64,000 nucleotides of DNA from Candidatus Hadarchaeales archaeon (GTDB taxonomy: Archaea > Hadarchaeota > Hadarchaeia > Hadarchaeales > Hadarchaeaceae): positions 1 through 64,000 of the forward strand of contig JAVZGN010000003.1 in the NCBI GenBank assembly GCA_038872135.1. Reading direction: 5' to 3'. Below, piece by piece: positions 46,296 to 56,450 of this stretch. Under the pieces are notes generated by a model. The model was not told the DNA's origin. It did not search any database and saw only the letters and a list, made by a program, of their open reading frames with translations. The position numbers and the translations under genes are program-made. Within the stretch, counting starts at the first letter, position 1; each line of letters starts with the position of its first letter.

Positions 46296-47801
46296 ATGGC
46301 CGAAATTCAAAGGTCTGTGGAGGAGATAAATGAGAAGATCCGGCGCGGTGATGCCGTCGTAGTGACTGCAGAAGAAATGGCAGCGTTAGTCAAAGAAAGA
46401 GGCGTCACAAAGGCTGCAGAAGAGGTTGATGTTGTGACGACTGGGACATTTGGACCGATGTGCAGCTCTGGTGCATTTCTCAACTTCGGCCATGCAGATC
46501 CTCCCATCAAGCTGGGGGGAGGCGAGATATATCTAAACGATGTGCCGGCATACGCCGGGCTCGCCGCCGTCGATACCTATATCGGTGCCACATCCATCTC
46601 CAGAACCAAAGGCTTGGAGTATGGTGGAGGGCATGTGATAGAAGATTTGGTTCGCGGTAAAGAGATAGAGCTACGAGGCACCGGCTACGGGACAGACTGC
46701 TACCCGAGAAGAGAAATAGAAACCACGATCACGATCCACGATCTCAACCAGGCAATTTTCTGCTCCCCCAGAAACGCCTACCAGCGTTACAATGCAGCGA
46801 CAAACTCACGCAATGAAATAATCTACACCTACATGGGGACCCTTTTGCCAAATTTTGGTAATGTAACATTTTCTGGGTCTGGTGTGTTGAGCCCGCTAGG
46901 AAAGGATCCCGACTATAAGACGATTGGAATTGGAACTAGGATTTTCGTGGGCGGTGGTCAGGGCTACATTGCTTGGGAGGGAACCCAGCACAATCCCCAG
47001 GAAGCTTTTGGGACGATTACGGCGATTGGCGACTTAAAGCAAATGAACCCCAGATATCTGCGTGGTTGCACCATCCACAAATATGGGACATCCCTTTTTG
47101 TTGGAATAGGAATTCCGATTCCTGTGCTGAATGAAGAAATCGCTAGAAAAGCTGGCACAGATGAATCCGAAATAAAAACACGCATCCTGGACTATGGGGT
47201 TTCCAGAAGGGTTAGGCCAGTCGTCCGAGAGGTTTCATATGCAGAGCTGAGAAGTGGGAAAGTTGAAATAGGTGGAAAGGAAGTGCCGGTGAGCCCTTTG
47301 AGCAGCTTCAAGATGGCCAGGGAGATTGCAAATATTCTGAAGCGGTGGATAGAGAAAGGAGAATTCTTCTTGACAGTCCCAGTTCAGAGGCTACCAATGG
47401 AAAGAGCATTTAAACCGATGAAGCAGACGGCTCCCGTAAAATTTGCAAAAGAGGCAATGACTCAGGAAATCGTGACGGCCAGACCAGAAGACCCCATAAC
47501 TCTCGCCGCCAAGATTTTCGCGGAGCGAGGGTTCGATCATCTTCCAATCACAGATCACTCGGGAAAGCTTGTGGGAATAGTGACTTCATGGGATGTTGCC
47601 GTATCTGTTGGAACTGGCAAGAAAAAATTGGCCGAAATAATGACTACTAAAGTCATCACAGTAAATGAGAACGAAACGTTAGACGCTGCTATAAGGAAAC
47701 TTGAAAAATTCAAAATCTCTGGAATGCCTGTGGTAGACGAAAGTGGGAGGCTTAAGGGGATCATAACCGCGGAGGACATAGCCAAGCTATTGGGGAGGTG
47801 A
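46296..47801 (+). CDS. L-aspartate semialdehyde sulfurtransferase (homocysteine synthesis; DUF39 + CBS pair)
   Basis: VDVVTTGTFGPMCSSG, YGGGHVIEDL, TDCYPR, RNAYQ; C-terminal CBS repeats. Confidence 0.9.
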   Translation: MAEIQRSVEEINEKIRRGDAVVVTAEEMAALVKERGVTKAAEEVDVVTTGTFGPMCSSGAFLNFGHADPPIKLGGGEIYLNDVPAYAGLAAVDTYIGATSISRTKGLEYGGGHVIEDLVRGKEIELRGTGYGTDCYPRREIETTITIHDLNQAIFCSPRNAYQRYNAATNSRNEIIYTYMGTLLPNFGNVTFSGSGVLSPLGKDPDYKTIGIGTRIFVGGGQGYIAWEGTQHNPQEAFGTITAIGDLKQMNPRYLRGCTIHKYGTSLFVGIGIPIPVLNEEIARKAGTDESEIKTRILDYGVSRRVRPVVREVSYAELRSGKVEIGGKEVPVSPLSSFKMAREIANILKRWIEKGEFFLTVPVQRLPMERAFKPMKQTAPVKFAKEAMTQEIVTARPEDPITLAAKIFAERGFDHLPITDHSGKLVGIVTSWDVAVSVGTGKKKLAEIMTTKVITVNENETLDAAIRKLEKFKISGMPVVDESGRLKGIITAEDIAKLLGR

Positions 47802-47805
47802 AACG

Positions 47806-48210
47806 ATGAAAAAAAGATTTCTTTTGCGGTATTCTCCAGCGAGAGCCGCGGAGCCTATTCTCTCCTGGGTGATAAAGGAAACCGGGGTGCTTTTGAACAT
47901 CTTGTACGCAGAGTTCCGCACGCAGGGAGGGGAAATACTGATTGCAACAGACGCTCAACCCGAGGAGATACAGAGAGTCGTGGATCTTTTCCGGCAAAAG
48001 GGTGTGGAGATTCTCGAGATAAAAGAAGCAATCCGACTAGACCGGGAGTCCTGTGTGGACTGTGGTGCCTGTCTCTCCCTCTGCCCCACAAGAGCCCTCT
48101 ACATGGATGATGAGAAATCCGTCTGCCTCGATGAAGAGAAATGCATCTACTGCAAGCTCTGCGTGCCGGCCTGTCCTGTGCGGGCGCTTGCAGCTCCAAA
48201 GTTTGAGTGA
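47806..48210 (+). CDS. NIL-domain 2x[4Fe-4S] protein (sulfurtransferase partner)
   Basis: LNILYA, CVDCGACLSLCP, CIYCKLCVPACP. Confidence 0.9.
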   Translation: MKKRFLLRYSPARAAEPILSWVIKETGVLLNILYAEFRTQGGEILIATDAQPEEIQRVVDLFRQKGVEILEIKEAIRLDRESCVDCGACLSLCPTRALYMDDEKSVCLDEEKCIYCKLCVPACPVRALAAPKFE

Positions 48211-48998
48211 TCTCCATGCATGAAAAGACTTGGATGTTTAAAGAAACAAGATTGAGGATAAAATGCGACATGAAAGAAGCGATAGATGTAGCAATAGACG
48301 CCGCATTTAGAGCTAGGTGGGAAATAGAAAAAACCATCGCCCGATATCCTGAGTTTAGATGGTCGTTAATGCCGATTGAAATTCCAGGAAACCATCACAG
48401 AGTTGTAGAGCTCATGTTAAAAGCTGGAAAAATTGCTGATGTTGGGCCTTTTGCAGCGGTGGCTGGTGCAATCTCGCAAGTAGCCATGGAAGCAGCCCTT
48501 GAAGCTGGGGCAACCGACATCATCGTGGAAAATGGGGGAGACATTGCGCTAGCCGGTAGCCGAGAGTTTCGAGTGGGAATTTTTGCCGGCGAAAGCACAA
48601 GCTCTCTCGGCTTCCTCGTCAGACCTGAGGAGTTGCCCTTGGGTATATGCACGAGTTCTGGAACAGTGGGACATTCCATAAGCTTTGGGGATTCAGACGC
48701 CGTGGTAGTTGTGGCTAGAGAAGCTTCCATCGCAGATGCGGCGGCAACTTCTATTGGCAACGCCGTCAGAGGAGAAAATTTGTCTCAGTCTATCCATCTC
48801 GGGCTTGAGAGGGCGAAAAAAATCCCAGAGATCTTTGGATGCTTGGTGATAAGAAAAAATCAGATTGGAGTGTGGGGGAAATTGCCAGAGCTGATCACAA
48901 GTTCTGAATCAAAAGAGATTTCCCACACAATTTCAATGTATCAGAAGTATGCTCCGCCGGCCTTCTTATTTTCGGCACCCAAATCACTATATTTATAG
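48207..48998 (+). CDS. UPF0280/ApbE-like sulfur assimilation protein
   Basis: VGPFAAVAGAI, VENGGDI, GICTSSGTVGHSISFG, ADAAATSIGN. Confidence 0.9.
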   Translation: MISMHEKTWMFKETRLRIKCDMKEAIDVAIDAAFRARWEIEKTIARYPEFRWSLMPIEIPGNHHRVVELMLKAGKIADVGPFAAVAGAISQVAMEAALEAGATDIIVENGGDIALAGSREFRVGIFAGESTSSLGFLVRPEELPLGICTSSGTVGHSISFGDSDAVVVVAREASIADAAATSIGNAVRGENLSQSIHLGLERAKKIPEIFGCLVIRKNQIGVWGKLPELITSSESKEISHTISMYQKYAPPAFLFSAPKSLYL

Positions 48999-49163
48999 AA
49001 TTTGTAGATGTTACCGGTGAGTTTCTTGCCCAGGAGAAAATACGGCCACATGGTTCACGCCTTGCCACAACCACCGCCGCCCGAGAAATGCAGATTTTGT
49101 AAGCTCGGCCGGTTTTGTCCATACCACTCGAAAGGCTACCAAAAACCAGCCAAGTGAAATGGG

Positions 49164-50126
49164 CTATTTTTTAAGTGCACAGAAGTGGGCGAGCATCGCT
49201 TCAAGCTGGATGCGCTCGTTCGCCCCCATTGCTATCCTGAATGAGAAATCTCCAACCTTTTCGATGAGCTCCAGCTTTTTCTCCTCCGGCACCTGAAGAG
49301 CAAAAATTTCCCTGTGCACTTGAGCGAGAATGTCTTCCCCCGCCAGCCCCTGCTCTAGGAGAAGAGAGTAAAGCTTCTCCCTCGCCTGCTCAAACTTTCC
49401 ATCCAGAGCCAGCGTGAGCATTTGCCTCACATCCTCCGGCCTCGCCATCGCAACCACCTCATAGATGGTTTTTTCATCAATTTTTTTCTTCACCGTTGCA
49501 GCTGCCTGTAGAATGTTTATTGCCCTCCTCATGTCACCCTCAGAGAGCTCGGCAATTGCCTTGTATGCCTTTGGATCAATTGTCAGGCCCTCCTCCTTCG
49601 CTATCCTCTTTAGCATCTTTTGTATGTCCTCTTCACCAAGTTTTTTAAACCTGAAAACCGCGCATCTCGATTGGATAGGTTCTATAATTCTGCTCGAGAA
49701 GTTGCAGTCTAAGATGAACCTGCAGATGTTAGAATACATCTCCATCGTCCTCCTCAAAGCATGCTGGGCATCCGCTGTGAGGGCATCTGCCTCGTCAAGG
49801 AGGATGAGTTTGAATGGGACATCTCCCATCGCAAGCCTCCTCGCGTAATCCTTCACCTTGGTCCTGATGGTATCTATCCCCCGCTCATCTGAGGCGTTGA
49901 GCTCGAGGAAGTTCTGCCGCCACCCCTCTCCAAAAAGCTCGCGGGCTATGCAGAGAGCAGCAGTTGTTTTCCCCGTCCCGGCTGGTCCCGCAAAGAGAAG
50001 GTGGGGGAGCGATTTCTTTGTCACAAAATTCTGTAGCCTAGAAACAATTTCTGTCTGCCCGACCATCTCCGAAAGCTTTTGTGGTCTATATTTCTCGACC
50101 CAGACGTCCTCCTCTCCTACCACCAT
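49164..50126 (-). CDS. rfcS: Replication factor C small subunit
   Basis: WVEKYRP, GPAGTGKTT, ELNASDERG, LDEAD, IQSRC; no intein. Confidence 0.96.
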   Translation of the reverse strand: MVVGEEDVWVEKYRPQKLSEMVGQTEIVSRLQNFVTKKSLPHLLFAGPAGTGKTTAALCIARELFGEGWRQNFLELNASDERGIDTIRTKVKDYARRLAMGDVPFKLILLDEADALTADAQHALRRTMEMYSNICRFILDCNFSSRIIEPIQSRCAVFRFKKLGEEDIQKMLKRIAKEEGLTIDPKAYKAIAELSEGDMRRAINILQAAATVKKKIDEKTIYEVVAMARPEDVRQMLTLALDGKFEQAREKLYSLLLEQGLAGEDILAQVHREIFALQVPEEKKLELIEKVGDFSFRIAMGANERIQLEAMLAHFCALKK

Positions 50127-50261
50127 ATCCCCCAAATTTCTCGCATCACGCTTAAAAATGGATTTTGGATGTGAGTGGCGCCGGTTTCGAACATTTGAGA
50201 TTGGAGTCCGAAAGCTTCCTGGACTGATATTTTAAAGGAAGAGTTCAGATTAAGTTGTGCT

Positions 50262-53228
50262 ATGATAAAACCTGCAGAGAAATCTTACAATGCCCCAAAG
50301 ACGGAGAAAGAGATCCAAAGCTGGTGGGAAAGGGAAAGAATCTACGAAAAGGTGAAAGAGTTGCGCAAAGATGGGCAGCCCTGGTACTTCCTGGATGGCC
50401 CCCCCTACGCTAGTGGAGCCATTCATCTCGGAACCGCATGGAACAAGATAATTAAAGATGTTATTCTCAGATACAAGAGCGCCCGGGGCTTTAACATTAG
50501 GCGACAGCCTGGCTGGGACTGTCATGGATTGCCAATAGAGGTCAAAGTCGAGGAGAAGCTGGGCATTACCTCAAAGAAGGAGATAGAGGGAAGGATAGGG
50601 ATAGCTGAGTTCATCAACAAGTGTAAGGAGTGGGCAATGGAGCATGTTAGCGTCATGACTTCTCAATTCAAGCGGTTGGGCGTCTGGATGGACTGGGACT
50701 CCCCCTACATCACCTTCAGGAATGACTACATCGAGGCTGCTTGGTGGACGCTGAAAAAGGCCTATGAAAAAGGGCTGATGAAAAAATTCATGAGGGTCAT
50801 TCACTGGTGCCCCAGGTGTGAAACGGCATTGGCTGAGCACGAGGTGAGAGGGGAGTACTATGATGTTCGGGACCCGTCCATCTATGTGCGGTTCAAGATA
50901 AGAGGAAAGGAAAATGAATATCTCCTCGTGTGGACGACCACTCCATGGACCCTCCCCGCGGACATGGCTGTCTGCGTTCACCCAGCCTATGAATATGCGA
51001 AGGTGAAGGTTGGTGAACAGACATACATCTTGGCGTGGGGGCTTGTGGACAGGGTGATGGCCGAGCTAGGAATTTCTGACTATCACGTCGTTGAAGTTAT
51101 CCTTGGGAAGGAGCTGGAAGGGATCCAGTATGAGCATCCGCTCCTTGAAGAGGTTCCAAAACAGCAGGAATTCATTCAGCATCATAGGGTGATTCTCGGA
51201 GAGCATGTGACGTTGGAAGAGGGAACGGGGTGCGTCCACACGGCTCCTGGCCATGGTGAAGAGGACTTTGAGGTTGGCCAGAAATACAATCTCCCTGTTT
51301 TTTCACCCGTGGCCCCCAACGGAACTTTCACCCAGGATGCAGGGAAGTATGCGGGAATTTTTGTGAAAGAAGCAGATCCCACAATAATTCAGGACCTCGC
51401 AAAGAAAGGGGTTCTAATGAAGGGCGGAACAATAGTTCACTCCTATCCCCACTGCTGGAGGTGCAAGACGGCCCTCCTCTTCAGAGCAACCGAGCAGTGG
51501 TTCATTGTTGTGAAGGATATGAAAAAGGAAATCTTGGAGAAGAACGCAAGAGGAGTGAGGTGGATTCCCCAATGGGTTGCCACGAGATATGAGAATGGAG
51601 TAGCATCGGTTGGAGACTGGTGTATCTCCAGGCAGAGGTACTGGGGAATTCCTCTTCCCATCTGGGTGTGCGAGAAGTGTGGGGAAATCACAGTGGTGGG
51701 TGGAATGGAGGAGCTAAAAGCCCTTGCGCCGGGGACTCCATCCGACCTTGATCTTCACCGCCCTGCTGTCGATGAAATAACTTTCCCCTGCAACTGCGGT
51801 GGAAAGAAGCGGAGGGTTCCAGATGTCCTCGATGTGTGGTTTGACTCCGGGGTAGCCTCCTGGGCGAGTTTGGATTATCCAAAGAAGGAGATGGAAAGAT
51901 GGCCCGCAGACTTCATAACTGAGGGAGAGGACCAGGTCACAAAGTGGTTCTACAGCCAGCAGGTTCTCTCGGTGGTCGCTTTTGGAGATGTCCCCTACAG
52001 AACTGCTCTCATGCATGGATTCGCCCTGGATGAGAAGGGACGAAAGATGTCGAAATCCCTTGGAAATGTTGTCGAGCCTGAGGAGGTTGCTGAAAAGCTT
52101 GGTGCTGATGTCCTGAGGTTCTACATGCTCTCAGCGACCCCAGTGTGGGAGGATCTAAAGTTCAGTTGGGAGGGCGCTAGGACGGTTGAGAGGCTTCTGG
52201 GCATTCTGTGGAACATCCATGTCTTCGCCACAACCTATATGGCCCTCGATGGATTTGATCCCGGGAAAGTCGATCCAGAAGAGATCCAAGGATATTTCTC
52301 CCCCGAGGACAGATGGCTGCTTTCGAGAATCAACACGGTTGTTAGAGATGTAACAGCGGCACTAGAAAATTTTGAGCTTCAGGAGGCCACAAGGGTCCTC
52401 GCTAACTTCATCGTCGAGGACCTCAGCCGCTGGTACATAAAGCTCATTAGAAACAGGGTGTGGATAGAAAAAGAGGATCCAAGGAAGATTGCCGCATATG
52501 TTGTGCTTTATCAGACAATGCATGTTCTCATGAGACTTCTTTCACCATTCATGCCCCACATTACCGAAGTCATCTATAGGGATCTCGTGAGGTCGGTGGC
52601 ACCATCCGCCCCGGAAAGCGTCCACATGCTACCATGGCCGGAGCCCGATGAAACTGTGATTGACAAGGAGATTGAGCGGGGGATGGAGATGGTGAAGAGA
52701 TTTGTGGAAACTGGAGCGAGGCTGAGGCAAGAATCTGGTCTGAAGCTCCGATGGCCTGTGAGAAGGGTTATTCTGAGGGCTTCTAACAAGGACGACAAAA
52801 GGCTTCTGCTGAGGCTAGAAGATCTTCTCAAAACACAGCTCAACTGCAAGGAGCTAACAATTCTCGGTCCTGGAGATGCCCTTCTATCGCTGGCTGGAGG
52901 AAAGTTCAAGTCATCGGAAATTGAGGGAGGGAAGATAACAATTGACCTAGAAAGAGATGAGGCGCTGCTCGCCGAAGCCATGGCAAGGGAAGTTGTGAGG
53001 AGATTTCAGGTGATGAGGAAGGAGATGGGGCTCGAGATGGAGGAGAGGGTGGATGCGGGGATTGTCGGGGAGGAGGATGATATGCGGCTCCTATCCACCC
53101 AGCAAGACTATATCAAGAGAGAAGTGAGAATAAACAATTTAGATTTTGGCAAAGAGCTTCCAGCTTCATTTAAGAAAAAGTGGAAGATCGATGAAAAGGA
53201 ATTTCTCTTATGTCTGAAGAAGCTCTAA
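50262..53228 (+). CDS. ileS: Isoleucine-tRNA ligase
   Basis: DGPPYASG, HLGT, PGWDCHGLP, WTTTPWT, GTGCVHTAPGHG, WCISRQRYWG, KMSKS. Confidence 0.96.
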   Translation: MIKPAEKSYNAPKTEKEIQSWWERERIYEKVKELRKDGQPWYFLDGPPYASGAIHLGTAWNKIIKDVILRYKSARGFNIRRQPGWDCHGLPIEVKVEEKLGITSKKEIEGRIGIAEFINKCKEWAMEHVSVMTSQFKRLGVWMDWDSPYITFRNDYIEAAWWTLKKAYEKGLMKKFMRVIHWCPRCETALAEHEVRGEYYDVRDPSIYVRFKIRGKENEYLLVWTTTPWTLPADMAVCVHPAYEYAKVKVGEQTYILAWGLVDRVMAELGISDYHVVEVILGKELEGIQYEHPLLEEVPKQQEFIQHHRVILGEHVTLEEGTGCVHTAPGHGEEDFEVGQKYNLPVFSPVAPNGTFTQDAGKYAGIFVKEADPTIIQDLAKKGVLMKGGTIVHSYPHCWRCKTALLFRATEQWFIVVKDMKKEILEKNARGVRWIPQWVATRYENGVASVGDWCISRQRYWGIPLPIWVCEKCGEITVVGGMEELKALAPGTPSDLDLHRPAVDEITFPCNCGGKKRRVPDVLDVWFDSGVASWASLDYPKKEMERWPADFITEGEDQVTKWFYSQQVLSVVAFGDVPYRTALMHGFALDEKGRKMSKSLGNVVEPEEVAEKLGADVLRFYMLSATPVWEDLKFSWEGARTVERLLGILWNIHVFATTYMALDGFDPGKVDPEEIQGYFSPEDRWLLSRINTVVRDVTAALENFELQEATRVLANFIVEDLSRWYIKLIRNRVWIEKEDPRKIAAYVVLYQTMHVLMRLLSPFMPHITEVIYRDLVRSVAPSAPESVHMLPWPEPDETVIDKEIERGMEMVKRFVETGARLRQESGLKLRWPVRRVILRASNKDDKRLLLRLEDLLKTQLNCKELTILGPGDALLSLAGGKFKSSEIEGGKITIDLERDEALLAEAMAREVVRRFQVMRKEMGLEMEERVDAGIVGEEDDMRLLSTQQDYIKREVRINNLDFGKELPASFKKKWKIDEKEFLLCLKKL

Positions 53229-53231
53229 GCC

Positions 53232-54578
53232 TCAAATGTATTTCTTCACTCCTTCAAGCAAGACAACTTTGAGTTCCTCGAGCTCCTCCTGGCTCCTAGC
53301 TTCTGCCATTACTCTGGCCTTGGGCTCTGTCCCCGAGACCCTTGCAAGAACCCAGCTTCCATCCCTTCTGTGAATCCTCAGCCCATCAACCTCCAGGATA
53401 TCTTTTACATCCGTTATTTTTTCCAGAAGATATTTTTTCATTCCGACCATGAACTCCCGCTTACGATCGTCCGGACACCTCAGATCCTGATGAAACATTG
53501 GGTAATCTGGGACTCTTTCTCTGAAAATTTCAGATATCGGCTTTCCGGCTTTGGTTACTAGTTCCACAAGTTTTGCGGCACCGAGGATTCCGTCCGCCCA
53601 GTCTCCAAACTCTCGAAAGACGAGTTTTCCCGGCTCCCCCGCAAAACATGCCCCATGTTTGAACATCTCTTCTGTGAACCTCCCAAGCCCCGTCCTCACA
53701 GTTTTCCCCCCTGCCCTGGCCACCACTTCCTCAATTGCCACCGAGGTATTCACGCTGGTGACGACCACTCCACCACGACTTTTCCTCACAGCCTCCTCAG
53801 CAAAAATTGCTATCAGAGCATCATGCTTAATGAAGTTTCCCTTTTCATCTACCGCAGCAACTCTGTCTGCATCTCCGTCGTGTGCGATCCCGAGATCCGC
53901 CCCGACATCTTTCACAACCCGCATGAGATCTGTGAGGTTCCAGGGCTGGGGCTCAGGTGGCCTTCCGGGAAAGTGGCCATCGTGGTGAGAATTTATCGTC
54001 ACAACTTTGCACCCCAGCTCCCTCAGGAGAACTGGAGTGACCTGCGATGCCGCCCCATTCGCACAATCAACCACTACTTTGATCTCCCGCTCCACCTTCA
54101 CTTGATTCTTGATTGCTTCGATGTACGGAGGAATTGCACTATGAAAGTGAAGGTTACCAATGGAATCCCATGAAGCTGGCTGTGGCTGCTCATCCAAAAC
54201 CAGTCTTTCCATTTCAATCTCATCCTCTGAGGTGAATTCTCTCCCATCTCCATGATAAAATGCGATTCCATTATCGGGGGGAGGATTGTGAGATGCTGTA
54301 ATCATCGCCCCAGCGCTGGCTCCCAACCTTCTGGTCGTGAAGGCCAAGCAAGGTGAAGGAACAATTCCAATTTCTACAACATCTGAACCCCCAGAAAGGG
54401 CTCCAGCGGTAAATGCTCTGAGAAGCATCTCCCCAGATGTTCTTGCATCTCTTCCAACAACAATTTTTCCACGATTGGTTTTTCTTGAAATCGCGAGCCC
54501 CAGCCTAAGCATAAGCTCCGGAGTTACCTTAGTTGAAATTGGCCCCCTTATCCCCCGCGTTCCAAAAAGCCGCTTCAT
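53232..54578 (-). CDS. glmM: Phosphoglucosamine mutase / phosphomannomutase family
   Basis: LFGT, ITASHNP, DGDADR, RVSGTEP. Confidence 0.85.
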   Translation of the reverse strand: MKRLFGTRGIRGPISTKVTPELMLRLGLAISRKTNRGKIVVGRDARTSGEMLLRAFTAGALSGGSDVVEIGIVPSPCLAFTTRRLGASAGAMITASHNPPPDNGIAFYHGDGREFTSEDEIEMERLVLDEQPQPASWDSIGNLHFHSAIPPYIEAIKNQVKVEREIKVVVDCANGAASQVTPVLLRELGCKVVTINSHHDGHFPGRPPEPQPWNLTDLMRVVKDVGADLGIAHDGDADRVAAVDEKGNFIKHDALIAIFAEEAVRKSRGGVVVTSVNTSVAIEEVVARAGGKTVRTGLGRFTEEMFKHGACFAGEPGKLVFREFGDWADGILGAAKLVELVTKAGKPISEIFRERVPDYPMFHQDLRCPDDRKREFMVGMKKYLLEKITDVKDILEVDGLRIHRRDGSWVLARVSGTEPKARVMAEARSQEELEELKVVLLEGVKKYI

Positions 54579-56417
54579 TCATTCACCTAGCAACTCTGGG
54601 ATCTGGAGTTCAATTAATTTTTCTTTTTTCGGCACCCCATTCTCACCCCATCCTCTTACTTGGTAATAGTCATCCAGCATTTTTCCGAGATTTTCTCTTC
54701 CGATGTTTTTTCCTGGCAACTCGGGCGTAGATTCTTCCAACAGCCTTGGAGGAAGCGTATCATCTTTCCTAGAGATTCCATCTCTCACGGCTATCAACCT
54801 CTCAACATTGTATATCCTTTCCCCAGTCCTTACAAGCTCTTGAGCGCTGAAATTCCATCCCGTCACGAGGGCCAGAATTCTCCGCATTTCTTCTACCCCT
54901 ATGCATCTGGTAGCGAAGACGCATACTCCCATGGAATCCACAACAGCTCTGACATTCTGAAGTTCTGCCACCAGCTGTCCCTTCCCCTCCGTGGAAAATC
55001 TATCATATTTTGGTGTTAGAATTTCAACTCCAATCGTCCAAGCTTTCAGATGACATCCTCCTCTGCAGGAAGTGGCATATGCCAGAGCCATTCCCCAGGC
55101 GCCTCTCGGGTCGTATGCAGGGATTTCCAGCCCTTTCACGTGTATTGCAAATCTCTCAGCGCCTCTTCCGATCTTTTCTGCTGCTCTCTTTACTCCCTCC
55201 GCGAGCAGATCTCCCACCCCATCTCTTCGGGCTATTTTCTCAATCATCGGCACTAGCGCTTCATGATTTCCAAATTTCAGATCCAGCCCCACTTCCTCTT
55301 TTTTCAAAAGTCCTCTTTCAAAGCACTCCATTGCAAACCCAATGACATTTCCGGTGGAAATAGTATCCAATCCATAAACATCGCACCAGAAGTTGGCGGC
55401 GGCAATTGCGTCGAGCCTCCCAACCCCGCACTGCGCCCCAAAGCTCCAAATCGTCTCATATTCTGGCCCATCGATCGTAATTCCTTTATATGGGCCATTG
55501 TCAATTGTGCTATATTTTCCACTTGCGATTGAGCATGCATAACATGCGGTATCCCTTTTGACTATCGTTTCCCTCATCTTCTCCGCCCTTAGCTCATCTG
55601 CAAATTCAAATGCCCCCCGCTGAAAATTCTTGGTGGGCCACATCTTTGCTTCATTTATAGGTCCGACAAACTGCGGGGTTCCCCATCTCGAGAAATTTTT
55701 CACCAGCTCATTTGTCTGGATATTCCTCGTGAGCTCTTTCGCGAATTCCACCAACCCTTCTTCATCTGCAACTTCTATCTTTCCATGTCCCCTCACAGCA
55801 ACTGCCTTGAGATTTTTTGAACCCATTACTGCTCCAATTCCTCCTCTCCCAAGAGATCCTCCCCTTCCGCCGTGAGCCACATCCACTTGGATTGATGCAA
55901 ACCTTACGAGGTTTTCCCCTGCAGGACCGATGCTGGCGATAGATGTCTTTTTATCCCCGAGTTCTCTCCTTATCTCCCTTTCAGCTTCATCAACATTTTT
56001 TCCCCAAATGCCGCTCGCATCCTCGATCTTCACCTCTCCGTCGGCAACAAAAATCCAAGCGGGGTTTTTCGCCCGGCCGGTAATGATAATCCCATCAAAA
56101 CCTGCAAACTTTAGCTCCGATCCAAAGAAGCTTCCGGCCGACGAGCAGAGGTATGTACCTGTTAACGGTGATTTCGTCACGGCTTCCCACCTCGCACACC
56201 CCGAGAGTGGCGTTCCAGTCGCAGGCCCGGTAAGAAATATCAGCGGATTTGAGGGCGAAAATGGATCGATGCGCGCGCCGGTTTTCATGTAAAGGATCGC
56301 CGCCCCGAGACCTCTCCCTCCAAGAAATGCCCGTGCAAGTTTTTCTGGAGTCTTTCTCTCCAATACCTCTCTATCAGAGAGATCTACCTCGAGAATTTTT
56401 CCCGCATAGCCAAACAT
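54579..56417 (-). CDS. aor: Tungsten aldehyde:ferredoxin oxidoreductase family protein
   Basis: LGGRGL, KSPLTG, IGPAGE, GAVMGSKNLKA, CYAC, GPEYE, GLDTIS, YDPRG. Confidence 0.92.
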   Translation of the reverse strand: MFGYAGKILEVDLSDREVLERKTPEKLARAFLGGRGLGAAILYMKTGARIDPFSPSNPLIFLTGPATGTPLSGCARWEAVTKSPLTGTYLCSSAGSFFGSELKFAGFDGIIITGRAKNPAWIFVADGEVKIEDASGIWGKNVDEAEREIRRELGDKKTSIASIGPAGENLVRFASIQVDVAHGGRGGSLGRGGIGAVMGSKNLKAVAVRGHGKIEVADEEGLVEFAKELTRNIQTNELVKNFSRWGTPQFVGPINEAKMWPTKNFQRGAFEFADELRAEKMRETIVKRDTACYACSIASGKYSTIDNGPYKGITIDGPEYETIWSFGAQCGVGRLDAIAAANFWCDVYGLDTISTGNVIGFAMECFERGLLKKEEVGLDLKFGNHEALVPMIEKIARRDGVGDLLAEGVKRAAEKIGRGAERFAIHVKGLEIPAYDPRGAWGMALAYATSCRGGCHLKAWTIGVEILTPKYDRFSTEGKGQLVAELQNVRAVVDSMGVCVFATRCIGVEEMRRILALVTGWNFSAQELVRTGERIYNVERLIAVRDGISRKDDTLPPRLLEESTPELPGKNIGRENLGKMLDDYYQVRGWGENGVPKKEKLIELQIPELLGE

Positions 56418-56450
56418 GCTATCACCCATCACCTACATCAAAAATAAAGC

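Noticed and set aside
48895-49122. 75-aa minus-strand ORF
   Set aside because: Overlaps the UPF0280 gene end and a hairpin region; no protein-like features
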